Shown: positions 48,401 through 60,667 of the stretch, in pieces | Layout: the number at the start of each line of letters is the position of its first letter | Position numbering within the stretch: the stretch's first letter is position 1 | Assembly (NCBI GenBank): GCA_013239625.1 | Contig: MU054187.1 | Location: 3,607,757-3,671,756, forward strand | Reading direction: 5' to 3' | Source: Lama guanicoe | Lineage: Eukaryota | DNA: 64,000 nt | Position numbers and translations under genes: made by a program | Notes under the pieces: generated by a model | Told to the model about the DNA's origin: nothing | Seen by the model: only the letters and a program-made list of their open reading frames with translations | Databases searched by the model: none

Positions 48401-49658
48401 CTACTGGAAAGCCTGATGGAAGCGTGGCAGGGTGGTGCTCGTGCTTAAACTGCTGGTGAACGCTGCCGACAGGGAGTGCAGCGAGCCGAGACCTATGCTG
48501 TTTGCAGGATCCTGGGGGTCCTGGGTCTGGGGCGGGAGCTGAGACACAGAAGAATGTGCTTCTTCCTGGGAATAGCTCATCCCGAGGCTCCCCACCGACA
48601 GAGGGTTATAGGGAGGCCCGTTTAATGGTATGAAATTAAACAACTGAGAAAAATCCAATGCCGGTGTGTTGAGGGGGTCGCTGATGGAAATGGAGCTTTT
48701 TGACAGGGAGAGGTCCCCTGCGGCGTCATCCAGGGACCCGATCTGCGGCTCCAGCCCGAGTTTGGAGGACGACGCCTGGGAGTCCTGGGAAGAGGAGGGC
48801 GCCCCAGCCTGGAGCTCCATCAGGTAACTCTCAATCTCCCCCTTCAGCGGCTGCTCCTTCTCGGGAATAGAAATTGCGTATGAGGTAGAACTGAACGGGT
48901 ACTTGAAAGAAAGGTGGTGGGAGGGGTGCACAGCGTCCATGTCGATGGGGCACGTCATCCCCAGGGGCAGAGTTGTGATCATCTGGTGGGCGGACCCCGA
49001 GCTGGGCATGGACTGGAACGGGGTGTTGTAGAGGTTTAGCTGCAGCGTGTTTGTGAATGGCTTGGACAGCAGTTCGCTGGAAGGTAAGGACATCACCGGG
49101 AGGAGCTCGTCCTTGATAGGCACGGAGACATTGCAGGTGAAGGGATCCAGGAAGTCCACGGGCTCCGTCTTGACCTTCAGGAGTTCTTGGTTGTGACTCT
49201 TCTTCATGTGCCGCGTCAGGTGGTCCTTGCGCCCGAACCTCTGGGCGCAGTACTGGCAGAGGAAGTCCTTCCTTCCCGTGTGCACCACCATGTGTCTGCG
49301 CACGTCCTTGCGCGTGTAGAAGCGGCGGTCACAGTGCTCGCACTGGTGCTTCTTCTCCTTCACGCCGCCCGACGACTTGCCCGCGTGCGACTTGAGGTGC
49401 TCCAGCAGCACGCCCGTGCTCTCGAACGTCTGCAGGCACACCTTGCAGGTGAGGTCGCCGCTGGTGGCCGCGTGCAAGGCCAGGTGGCGCTTGAACCCGA
49501 GCTTGGTGTTGTAGTTCTTGCCGCACTCCTCGCACTTGAACGTCTCTTTGTTGGGGTCGTGCGTGTGCAGGTGGTTCTTCAGGTGGTCCTTCCGGTGAAA
49601 CATTTTCTCACAATAGTTACACTTGTGGGTTTTCTCAGGAGAGTGGGTAGCCATGTGC
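48401..49658 (-). CDS. PLAG1: Zinc finger protein PLAG1, last coding exon (rest of ZF2 through ZF7 and the Ser-rich activation domain)
   Basis: Acceptor TTCAAG|G at 49659-49660; HMATHSPEKTHKCNYCEKMFHRKDHLKNH...TTLPRFHQAFQ*; SUMO motifs VKTE, IKDE, LKGE. Joined to 50172-50413 it gives 1500 nt (499 aa). Confidence 0.98.
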
Positions 49659-50171
49659 CTTGAACACAGACATACTCTGTAAGCATCGTGACAAGGAGGG
49701 CACGCGCTCACTGTTCTCGCGGAAGCTAACTGCTAGCTAAGGACACAGCACTCCCCGCCCCACGGCCGCGCTGTCATACGGACATGCCACGAGGACGCCT
49801 ACCGCACCCAAGCGCCGCGCAACCGCAGCGTCTAACGTGCCGCTTTCGTTTTCGCTGGGTTTTAGCTATTGCAACCGCAATCGAGCAAGGCTGAATATAC
49901 TCACGTAAACGTCCATACCCTTTTCTTGCAAATTCTTTGTACAGACGGAAATTCTACTCTCATTAAGCATTGCATAAAAAAAAAATCGCAAAACACTAAC
50001 ACATAAAAAGCCTGTGACTTAGAACACTGAAACTAGCCAACGTCTAATCTACTTAACATTTCTCTCTGCAAATCAGCGGAAAGAGGTGTATACAAATATA
50101 TACGTTGACAATGGCTTCAAAGGGCCGACATGATAGAAAATAGAATCTGAAAGACAAATAGAGTGTAATAC

Positions 50172-50413
50172 CTTTGTAATTTGTACTTAGAAACAAAGGC
50201 TTTCGTGCAGTCTTGTTGTATGCACTTGTAGGGCCTCTCTCCTGTGTGAGAGTAGGAGTGAACCTTTAATTTCTCAACACTGTTAAAGGCCTTGTCACAC
50301 AGTTGGCAAGGAAAGTTTTTTCTTGGTTTGGTTTCACCACGCTTACGTTTCCCTGAAGGGACTTTCTGGGTATCTCTTACTTCTGACAAATCACCAGGGA
50401 TGACAGTGGCCAT
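50172..50413 (-). CDS. PLAG1: Zinc finger protein PLAG1, first coding exon (NLS KRKR, ZF1, start of ZF2)
   Basis: [39 protein letters not shown]...KYKLQ; donor AAG|GTATTA at 50171; the phase-2 junction restores Arg with the next exon. Confidence 0.98.
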
Positions 50414-50530
50414 CGCAGCCTAAAGCAGGCCTTCTTGTTGGACACTTGGGAACTGCCCAACTCCACTAAATGATTTAGCTTTAGGTGGCTTCTCAAGTTT
50501 CATGTGGTCGTAAAAGAAAGCAAAAAGGGA
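50414..50530 (-). other. PLAG1: PLAG1 5' UTR part of the first coding exon (117 nt)
   Basis: Acceptor TTTTTTCCAG at 50531-50540. Confidence 0.9.
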
Positions 50531-53026
50531 CTGGAAAAAAAAATAAGAAACAACTAGTTTGTAACTAGATTTAATTTTTAAAAGTTTTATTTGCTATGTG
50601 ATGCTTTTGAATTAAAAAAAAAAAGAAACCATAAAATGGATTCAGCTGGTCTGATGTAATATCTGTAGACTTCTTTATATTTGTCAAAACACATATTAAT
50701 GCATTGCTCAGAATGGACAGTTCACAGACTCCGCCCCTGAAATCCCAACTGACAAACGTCCTTAGGAAAAGCAGTAGCGATTTCAGGAACTCTCAGGGAG
50801 CATCAAGACATGGCCCCCAACGTGGCATCACTAAGAGTCACTTTTTACAACGGACTGGAGAACATAAACCTCACTAAGAACATAAAAATGTTTCTGAAAA
50901 TATTTTAATGTCTAAAAATCACTTTAATCTGTGCCAGCTGGCTTTAGTCACGCTCTGTCTTAGAGGAAAATATAGATAAGCAACCAAGAACTCTTTCAGG
51001 CACCTTGTGTGAGCCATTCTGTCCACGGAAAGAGCACCAGAGGCCTGAAAGAGTTGGACGCATCACCCAAAGTGAAAACGGATTCTTTATACCAGTGTCA
51101 TCACACGCAGAGAGACTTCTGAGTCAACAGCAGAAAGGACTTGTCTTCGTAACAAATATGCATTCTTGAAATGGTAAAACCTTTTGGTGCAATGTTAAGT
51201 GAGGATCATGGCTCCTTGTCTCTTGGTGGCGGGGAACACAATTTGGCTGAAGCAATCTTCCCCATTGTTTTTCACGTCACACAAAATCATTTGTTCACCG
51301 GGGTGAGTGGATGAGCCGGGGCTGGGGGACCAGTCTCTGTCTGACACACCTGTGACCCGTGTGAGCGGTGAGCACACCGGTGCACCTTTTGGCTCAGAGC
51401 CCCATACTGTGCAAGGAGACATCAGTACAGAGGTGTGGCAGGTTGTAAAAGGTGTGTCAAAGTTTCAGTTCATTACTGGTGCTGGGAGAAAGAATGAAAT
51501 GTACATCCTGTACCGTAAAGAGTATGTCTACTTAAAAGCTTTTAAAATTTATTGAAACCTCTGAAAATTCGTGGACAAGAGATAGTAAATATTATCAACT
51601 GTATTTCTCAGAGTAAGAAACCAACTCCCCAAAGATCCAACTGATATAAAAGACTTAAATGATTCGTCAAGGTTCGTGAATGCTAGTTCAGCAATGGATT
51701 TTTAGGAGACACAGAGATGATAATACTGGCAATTTCTTTCAAAAAAGATCTGGAACGTGGCTAAATGGCCATTACTAACTACTAATCAGATTTTTCATTC
51801 TATTATATATTTGGAAAACAATGAAGACCTTTTTTTTTTTAATATCACTTGTGTTTTGGCATCGGACACTGGCCCTCACGAGCTAGAGGTATGACACTGA
51901 CTTCCACAGGTTCCAGTTATACTTTCGCAGGGGTTCCAAATTTAACCCATGTTTTTGTCAAATTAAGTGTACGTTAGAATAGACCCTAGTGTATTTTAAT
52001 GTAGAGGCTGTCACTAAACAGGTAACATACAGCAGTTATCCACTCATTTGATTAAAACGTGAAGCATACGGGTCAGCTAATCCGTGTCTGGCTTACACAT
52101 CCTTTCTTCCTCAGTAGGTAGATACAGGCAAGGCCTTCCTTCATGCTGTTCAAATGGTCTAAGTCTCCTTTGCAGTTTAAAAATGACATGAACACAGTTA
52201 ATGCAATTGACGTTACTAATGCTCACACAGTATGTCCCCTCTGGTTTTAGATTTTCTGAATCTCAAGGATTTGTTCTTTTCCTGCTATATTTTCATTCAA
52301 GAGACAGCTTCTCTGCCTCTTTCAGAAATATCTAAATAGCTATTCTGCTGTAACCAGTAATGACACTGAAGAATGGTATAAAGCATTCTGCCAAAGCAGG
52401 GAAAAAAAGAGTCATTCTGACTGATTTCCTGACATGATGCTTTCATGCACCTATTTAGAACATTGTGGGAAACAAGCTGAGAAGGTTTTCAACTGCAAAA
52501 TCAACACAGAGTGCAAAATACCTAAATCCCTGTCTATAGCTAATATCTGAAATATCTCAAAGACTGGTCATGTTTTGTCATTATTGTGTTATGAGTTCCA
52601 ACCATAAATGGGCAGAGAATTCCAGTTGAGAAAAATAACTTCTAAGTTACTGGGAAAAAAAGTACAAAAAGTGCACCATGAAACAATAAACAAACACTGA
52701 TCACATTAAATTTGGTAATACTCAACAAGGAGTAACAAATGAATTCTGTTCTCTTTGGATGTACAGACTGAGCAATGGAGAATTGCAGATTTCAAATATT
52801 ACACTTTTCTAAGACCAGCTGAAATTTTTTCATGGCTAACAATATCTTTTCATCTCGATATATTACACAGCTCAAATTAGTTATAGGTGCATCATTTAAA
52901 ACTACAGGATAAATATAAGGTTGTGAGCTCAACATCAAATAAAAATCCAAATTCATAATATGCACATCAATCAAATACTTCAAAGATACATGCATAGAAC
53001 CATAGTGATTTTTGCTCAGTGCGTAC

Positions 53027-53125
53027 CTGATGATGGATGGAAAAAGCCTCAGACCTTGATCTTAGCCAGTCCCATTGACTCTTCGTGGAAGAGAGCGGAA
53101 TCCAGTCCTTCCCATTTTGGCCAAT
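53027..53125 (-). other. PLAG1: PLAG1 non-coding exon 3 (99 nt)
   Basis: TTTCATAG|ATTGGCCAAAATGGGAAGG...ATCATCAG|GTACGC; sequence and size match the PLAG1 5' UTR exon as I recall it. Confidence 0.9.
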
Positions 53126-56100
53126 CTATGAAACAAAAAATAAGAATGGACTACACTCCAGATGGAACCAGTCCGTAAGCGATGGAAAATAAAGGCTGAA
53201 AGAATGGCAGTTTCATGACACATGCTTTCATTCCGTACTCTGCCGGAGAGTCATGCATTAACTTTCACCAACTGCAAATTTTTATTAGTTCTCAGCACAT
53301 TTACATGACCAAATAAATGCAGAGACAAAAAGTAAAACAGGATTACCTAGATAAATGACATTTGGTGATGCTGAATGACTCCCCACTTCTTTCCCAAATG
53401 CAATTTAATTTGTTAAGTCTAACTTGCCTACTGAGAAAAATGGAATATTAGGGTTACTATCCATAAACCAAACGGATCAAATTTTCCTTAAGCTAAAGGA
53501 CATTCGGGAAGAGACAAGCTCAGTTCTCTCGCGGAGAGAGTACGCCGGGAACCTCGCCACGGGACGGCTGACTCCTAAGGAGGGCACCTCCCAGGCCCAC
53601 GCTGCACACACTTGTGCAACCTGGCCTTCCCTAGCTACACTTGTGTTACCTGTGATACCTGCCAATTTATTTCTCAGAATGCTGCAAGCGCTGCTGAAAT
53701 GTAGCAATAACTCCGTGCTCCTTAGATTTCAAAAGCATGGAAGGGAAGTTAAATACAGGTTTGCTACAAGAGAAGGGGTGTCAGGAAGAAAGCATCACTT
53801 GGTTTTAAGAGGTCGTTGTTGAAAAAAATTAAAATATCTTTTAAAATGCCTAATAGAAGCATGATCTTCAGTAGACTAAGAACATGCATAGAAAAAAATC
53901 TGCTAATAATTGTTGGCTGTACAAGTAAGTGTGAAAAGAATAATGGTCAAAAAAGCTGAATAGAATTATCTATTATGGAGGGTACAGGGCACAGAGAGAC
54001 TAGTAAACCCTTAATACTTTAAAGATGAACGTTCAGAAATCGTGATTACAAGAACTTGGGAGGGATAATATAAATCAAACAGTTAAAATAGACGAAGACC
54101 CATCAATGACAGGTTAAATGAAAATAATTTTACTTAGAATTCTAAGCATAAATCTAATTAATTTCCCCGACATCAAATTTTCATATACTTTAAGAATTTG
54201 ACAATGTATAAATAAAATATTTAATAGAGGGCATTCAAGCATCATTACAAAAATACAAAGGCTATACTTGAAAGCAGCGGTATTCTCATAGTTTAAAAGA
54301 CAAGAAAAATAAAAATTTAGACTAATAAAGGATGTTTAAAAAGTTAAAGCAAAAGCTCCAATCTTTTGTAAAGCACAGGACATGCAAAAATGGAAGAACT
54401 GAATTCTGCACATCAAAACTGCAAAATAAAAAAATTAATTTTGTAAATACTTACTTGCCCAGGGCACATACTGAGTTTTGGGTAGGGTAATTAAGACTAG
54501 GAAGGCCTATTTTGGGCGTTATGTCATTTTGACAATATCAATACCTTACAAGGGGAGAGTGTTTTCATTTCTGTTCCCGCCCAGAAATTCAGTGAACCTG
54601 AGAGCGGATGCATGTATCACCACATCCACTTTCAGGTGAGAGGCCCCGAGAAGCTGAGCATCTCGACAGTGCGTACATGGTCAAGGAAGGACGAGTGCCC
54701 CGAACTCCTATTCCACTCTTATTCCATTGCATTCTAGGAGACTAGCAGGTTGGCAAACCAACTTGCGAAAGGACGAATCCTGTCATTACACTTACAAGAC
54801 AAGAATGGGGAGAGTGCCTGTTTCTCTATCAGAGCTGCCAACAAGATCCCCACACAGAAACACATTTAAGATTTTAAAAACTTACTTTCAATACAGACAG
54901 TATGCAAAGTAAATTTTAAATAATTTAAATAGCAGTTAAAATAATAACTACTGTATCTGAGTGGATAGTGATTTGAATAGAAAGAAATCTAAAACCAAAG
55001 TTGACTAGTAAACAATAAATTTATATGTATATTTTTTCCTGACCAACATAAATTTTATTGCATCTCAAATACATCCATAACATTTTAATTTATGCTTCCT
55101 GTTCAATGGCATTTATGATATAAATCCTTTATAGAGTCAAAGTATTCCGGAACAGTTTAAAATTACATATATCTCGATTCGAAATATTACAAGTCTACAA
55201 GTTACCCCAGTTACATATTTTAGTCTGAAATAAAATAACAAATAGACATCATTTTCATTCATTTTATCACAAAACATAATTCCAAAGTCACAGTTAATTT
55301 CACCCTAAATTCAGCCTAATTATTTTGAGTTCTTATGAGTGGCCAAATAATTACAAAGGACTGCTAATTACTTCCTCAAACAAAGGAAACCAGAAGCTCT
55401 TTAGCGTGCATTATTATGTGGCTTGGTTTAATAAACGTAACACATAGACAGTTTCCATTCATGTTATCCTAACTAAAATTACCTGTGTATTCTCTTTCCC
55501 AGTAGTAAGAACAACTTTTTAAAAGCCTTGTGACTACTCTCCTGAAGAGTCTGCAACAACATCTGTACTCTGGTTTTTCTTTTTTACATATCAAAGATTG
55601 GTTACTATGTTTTTCAAATGACTGAACCTCTTCTTTGTCTTGATCTAAAGAATTGCGAAGCAAGGTAGAAAACGCACATATACCCATTTCAAACTGCCCT
55701 CAGATGAAGTAACACCTCAGAATACCTGCCCGGCTTCTGCTAGTACCAGAACAGACCTTTTTTTTCCTAGGGCAACTTTGCATACACAAAAACAATAATT
55801 AAAGGGAATATTGTGTGTGCATGCACACACACGGGTTTATTATCTCCCGCGTTTTACATTCTAAAACAGTGACTCACACAAAAAAATAACAAGCAAAAAT
55901 GAATCATACATCAGAGGGTCTGCTAAAACGAATTCCGACGAGGATGCCGGCAAAAGCACAGGCTTGTGTTGAAGCTTTCTGTGCTTTAAATTCCACAGTT
56001 GTGACAGTCATTTCTCTAAGAGCTGTGAATTTTTACAACACTTACCTGCATCGATAATTCTTTCATATTTAAGAGTCAAACATATACTTTGCTAATTAAG

Positions 56101-58014
56101 GGCAAAAGCCATCAGAATCAAAGCTTTTTTTCCTCCTTTATGCTGATTGTAAAACACCATTAGAAAACAATTCAGAAAATGTCAACATTTGTTTAAAACA
56201 CGTTTTTCATATAAACAGGTAGGTTGCAAAAGGAAACTTACCAGTAGTTAATACTTTAATTTATGTGCATAAAACACAACAGAACTTTGAATAATGTGAA
56301 GGAAATTATTAACAAAATAACATAATTGAAGTCAATTTTGAAGTAAAGGCAGCAATACACTTAGAACACTTTTTTGACCCTGTATGATAATGTGGAAATT
56401 TTTACAGCATTCAATTTTTGTAGGTCTGCAAAATCACTTATTAGGAATAATACAAGAGAAAAAATATCTTGTAAAAAAGCTAAGACAGAATTAAAAATAG
56501 ACTGTAGGCAGCATTGGGGCAGGAGATGGGCTAGGCTTATTCACTGTTGTTTCCCATAAAGGAAGCAAAATTTTTTCTGGGTGAATGAAAATAATTAAAA
56601 TAGGACAAGTGCTTTCCAGCAGGGAAGTGAAGTGCAGACTCGCCCAACCGCCACAGCAGACACAGGACAGAGCAGACAGATCTATGTTCAAGTAAAAACA
56701 ATATGGTGTGGATACAACTGGCTCCAACAGACTAAATAAGCCACTAGAAAGGGATGTTTGAAATTTACCAGCTGTCTGTAAAGTCTCAGATTAAAACAAG
56801 AGTGACTGTAATCAAAGCTGTCTAACATACTTGTTTTGTTTCAGAAAACAAGCAATCTCTGATTGATCTTACTGTGAAGGGATCAATTAGTACCAGTGGA
56901 TAATACCCGTTTGGTCCTTATTCCTAACAAAAATTGCTAAAGTGAAAACATGCCTGGAACCCGCATCCATGCCTGGCATGGAGCAGGAGGGAAGGCTGGA
57001 TGGTCAGGGGGTTGGGGGGCCGCTGATGCCGCAAGAGAGCAAGGAGGCAGGGGGAGCATGGTGCCCACCCAGAATCAGGAGACACAGCCAAGAGCAGGGC
57101 TGCGCCTGACCTGTAAGTAGGTACCCAGATAATTCATTTTATATCTTGATACTGGGAATCACAGAACTCATTTTCCTACAGCCTGACGTCATACTTAACT
57201 AATAGCAATTAACTATAAGGATGCCTTTTTGAATGGCTGTATTTGGTATTTTCAACTTTTGAGCAATTCGTTAAAAAGCAGTCCTAGGACAACCCTTTTG
57301 AGGTTTACCGTCAACTTAGCCTTACAGATATTTAGAAAGGCTTGTATTTAATAGATAATAAAAGCCAACAGAGAAGGGAAAGATCGTAGCAGACCTATTT
57401 GTTTTTAAGAACCAAGAGGAAAAAGTCATCGAATTCCAAAGAGGAACCAACAAATTCCAACATCAGTTCTCTTATCTGCACAATTAGGATGTTCCTTTTG
57501 GGGCCACCTTGAATCTGGGCATGACTGTTTATTTGGTTTTCTAGAGTCTCCACAGAGAATGAATAGACAATCTGATGAAGATGGAATATTCAAATAAATT
57601 TTATCTTTCAATTCAGAAATATTTTCCTTGGTTAATTCTTTTATGGAGCAAAAATGTTGTGTTAGGTTAAAAAGTTTTTCCTGTCTTTTAAAAGCTCTTT
57701 TTTATAAAGATCTGTAACTTAGAAGTTAGCATTTCATTTTAACTGCTATGTGGGAGATTTTTCCTGCTATGGTTGTATATTCGTATCAAAAAAAAAACCC
57801 TAAAAACTACAGATGGGTGGTATATTGGGGTATTTTCATTTTCTTCACATGGGCAACCAGTATTTGCAAACAGGAAATGAGAGCAGAATTGTGCAAAAGA
57901 GAAGCAGTGATGCCTGAGAGAGAGAGAGAGAGCAGAGAACGGCAATTATATCTGGATACAATGTGAGATTGCTTAATCAAAACTATTTTTAGAGGTTTTC
58001 CCTGTGTTTTGTTT

Positions 58015-58072
58015 GTTTCTTTCTTCCTTTCTTTCTTTCTTCTTCTTCTTCTTTTTTTTTTTTTTTTTTTTT
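58015..58072. repeat. (CTTT)n/(CTT)n/poly(T) tract
   Basis: Direct reading. Confidence 0.8.
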
Positions 58073-60562
58073 ATAAAGCATTTGATGCTGAAAGGCGCTC
58101 AGGCTAGGATTATAAAGTAGGTGGCTCACAGCTCAGCTCAATCTGAAAACTGTCCCAATTTGTCCCAAACTGTCATGATTTGTTTATGTTTTTGTTACCC
58201 CTGGCCCCTCAAATTCCTGGGGCTCCCAGAAAAATGCTTGACACCAACTATAAAAATATTCCCCCTGAAGGACCCCGACCATTTTGGAGGGTGTGTCTCC
58301 ATTCATTTATGGTTAACCGCCCAATGCTATTAAAGTTGCAGATACAGCGAAATCCAGGTTGCAAGTCTGAACCCCACACAGAGCACTCAGACAGACTGTA
58401 AATTCAGATGGGAGGCAGAAATGGTACACGTGACAACGAAAGTGATGAGGGAAGACAGTTTCACTTAGTTACCAAAGCTCATGCAGAGAATTAGTTTTAG
58501 GCCGTCTCAAAGTGAAGCGCACTTTAAACCCTGGCTTGTGCGTGCGGCACCGCGAAGCACGAACACGGCTAAGCGTGTGTGCGTGAAACCTTCGGGCCGC
58601 CCAGCAACATCAGGACCCCCGGACCCACGTCCCGGAAGGTTCCCCAGGTGGGGCTGTCCAGGACAAAACCACTCCGACTTATTCCTACAGAGTTGAAGGC
58701 AAGGAGGATCGGCCCTAGACAAAACTGTCCAGTCGGGGTGGCTAATCCCCCGAGGTCCTGTGCCCCCCTCCCCCCGGCTGTCACAGTTAGAAGAGATTTG
58801 ACAATTATATTCCTTGACTGATTTTCCTTGAGTGAGAAGTTTTTCAGACTAAAGTTTTTCAGAACTTGACCTCTCTGAGCTTTTGACCCCTAATTTGGAT
58901 GGTAAAAAACTCTTCTTGAAATTACCTGTCTCTCCCCCGAGACTGTAAACCCGTCTACAGGGAGACATCTGTGGCCCTCACGTCCCCGGCAGCTGGGCAG
59001 TGCCCTGGATGTAGCAGACACTGGATGTATATTTGCTGAACATAACTACAGTCCCTTTAAGGAATTTCAGGAATCAAAACAAGTAGTTAAACATGCTTGG
59101 AGGGGGTGTTGAAATCTCACATGAGATTAACAGCAAGCTCAAAAAACACACCCTATAGAAGGAAGTTAGTTCTGGCGGAGGGGTGGACACCTAGGGGGAC
59201 CGTGGTCACCTGGGATCCGTGCTCTCTGTCAGCACGTGTCAAAAGCCAGGGAGACACATCTGGGTGGTACTCAGTTGGCCTGGATTTTTCAGAACATTTC
59301 TGCTGTCAAATGTTCTACCCAAAGCTCCTTAAGCACATGTAACCGGTATTCATCATGATTTATTGTTTGGAAACGAAGTTTTATGGGAAAGAAAAAGGAA
59401 CAAAGTAAAAACCAAAACCTTTAAAGAAGATGTTCCTCACATGATACTAAAATGGGGGGGGGGTGATGCTGAAAGGCTCAGAGATGATTTTTGACTGATT
59501 ACAGACAAGAGACAAGTGAAAAAGGAGAAAACTGGCATAACTGGAGTTGGCTAAGTGAAAGTAATGAAAATTTTTTTCCTAACTGTTAAAAAAAAAAAGC
59601 TTCATCAAAGACAAGTGTTAAAAACTGCAGCGAAACAGAAAAAAAATCCGTAACGCGTAAGGCTAAAAACTCATTAACATATTTTTACATATTTAAAAAA
59701 TCTTTATAGTATACAAATGATGAAAAGCTTATCAGGACTTGATTTTCACGCTTACTCTTCATAGACTGCTGTGGTTACAGAATTTCAGTCAGAGCAGTCT
59801 ACGGGCCTTTTACCTGATCATGGCCCTGTTCACGTTTTCTGTGAGACCCTGCCTGGCTCTCAGTCTCCCCGACACATCCTCCCTCCCCAGGGCGTGGCCC
59901 CACCTGCACATCTTTGTTTTCACCAGTCTTCCCATCCCAGGGCCGAGGGTCCTAGCCCCTAAACCTCAATCTTGTATTTGAGGTCTTGCTGACAGACTTA
60001 CCTGGTACCAAATCCACGGGTGCCTGGGTTTCCCAGGATTGCTACACCTCAGTTCTGTGCCCCTGCACCGCGCCCACAGGTTGGGGAATCTACGTGCAAA
60101 CTGCTGCTGTCCCACTGACTTCCTTATTCTGGCACCTGCCCCGTCCCAGCCCGCAGAGCTGGCCTCCCTCTCCACTGCCCAAGGTGAGCCAGATCCTGCC
60201 CAGTAGACAGAGAGAGATACAGTGGTGACACGAGGGAGTCCATTACTTTGGGAAGAGCCTAAGAGTTTACGTGCGGGCTGTTTGGGGAGCAGGAAAAAAT
60301 AAGCTTTTACAGCTGTTACGCGTTTTGCGCACAAAGTGAGGAGAAATTGCTTGTGGCCAGGATTCCAATCCTTCCATTAGACCAAAACTACTAATGAAGT
60401 CCTGCTGGACACAGTACATTTTGATGGACTTAAAATAGTAAGTGGCATGCTTATTATGTGGCAGGCTTTTCAAAGCTTTCAACATCGTATCTCATCTTAT
60501 TTAGAAACAGGAATAAGTGATCACTTTGAAAGCCATGCCATATAATGATAAAAGCCACCTAC

Positions 60563-60667
60563 CTGAGGCCCTGCTCCAAACTCTAGCAAGGTAACCTTAT
60601 TAATAGACCATCACAGAATGAAGCATTCTGGGTGCCAAATACGGCCAAGGCAGCACCAAGAGGCGAC
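60563..60667 (-). other. PLAG1: PLAG1 non-coding exon 2 (105 nt)
   Basis: CTTTTCTTTTTAG|GTCGCCTCTTGGTGCTGCCTTGGCCGTATTTGGCACCCAG...GGGCCTCAG|GTAGGT; matches the recalled PLAG1 exon 2. Confidence 0.9.

Noticed and set aside
49187..49663. 158-aa antisense ORF over PLAG1
   Set aside because: Shadow ORF expected from high GC3; non-ATG start and no homology.
49659..49711. N-terminal MSACPPCHDAYRVCLCS on the 436-aa ORF
   Set aside because: Intronic; the exon begins at 49658 after the acceptor AG.
50117..50171. C-terminal [17 protein letters not shown] on the 98-aa ORF
   Set aside because: Read-through past the splice donor at 50171.
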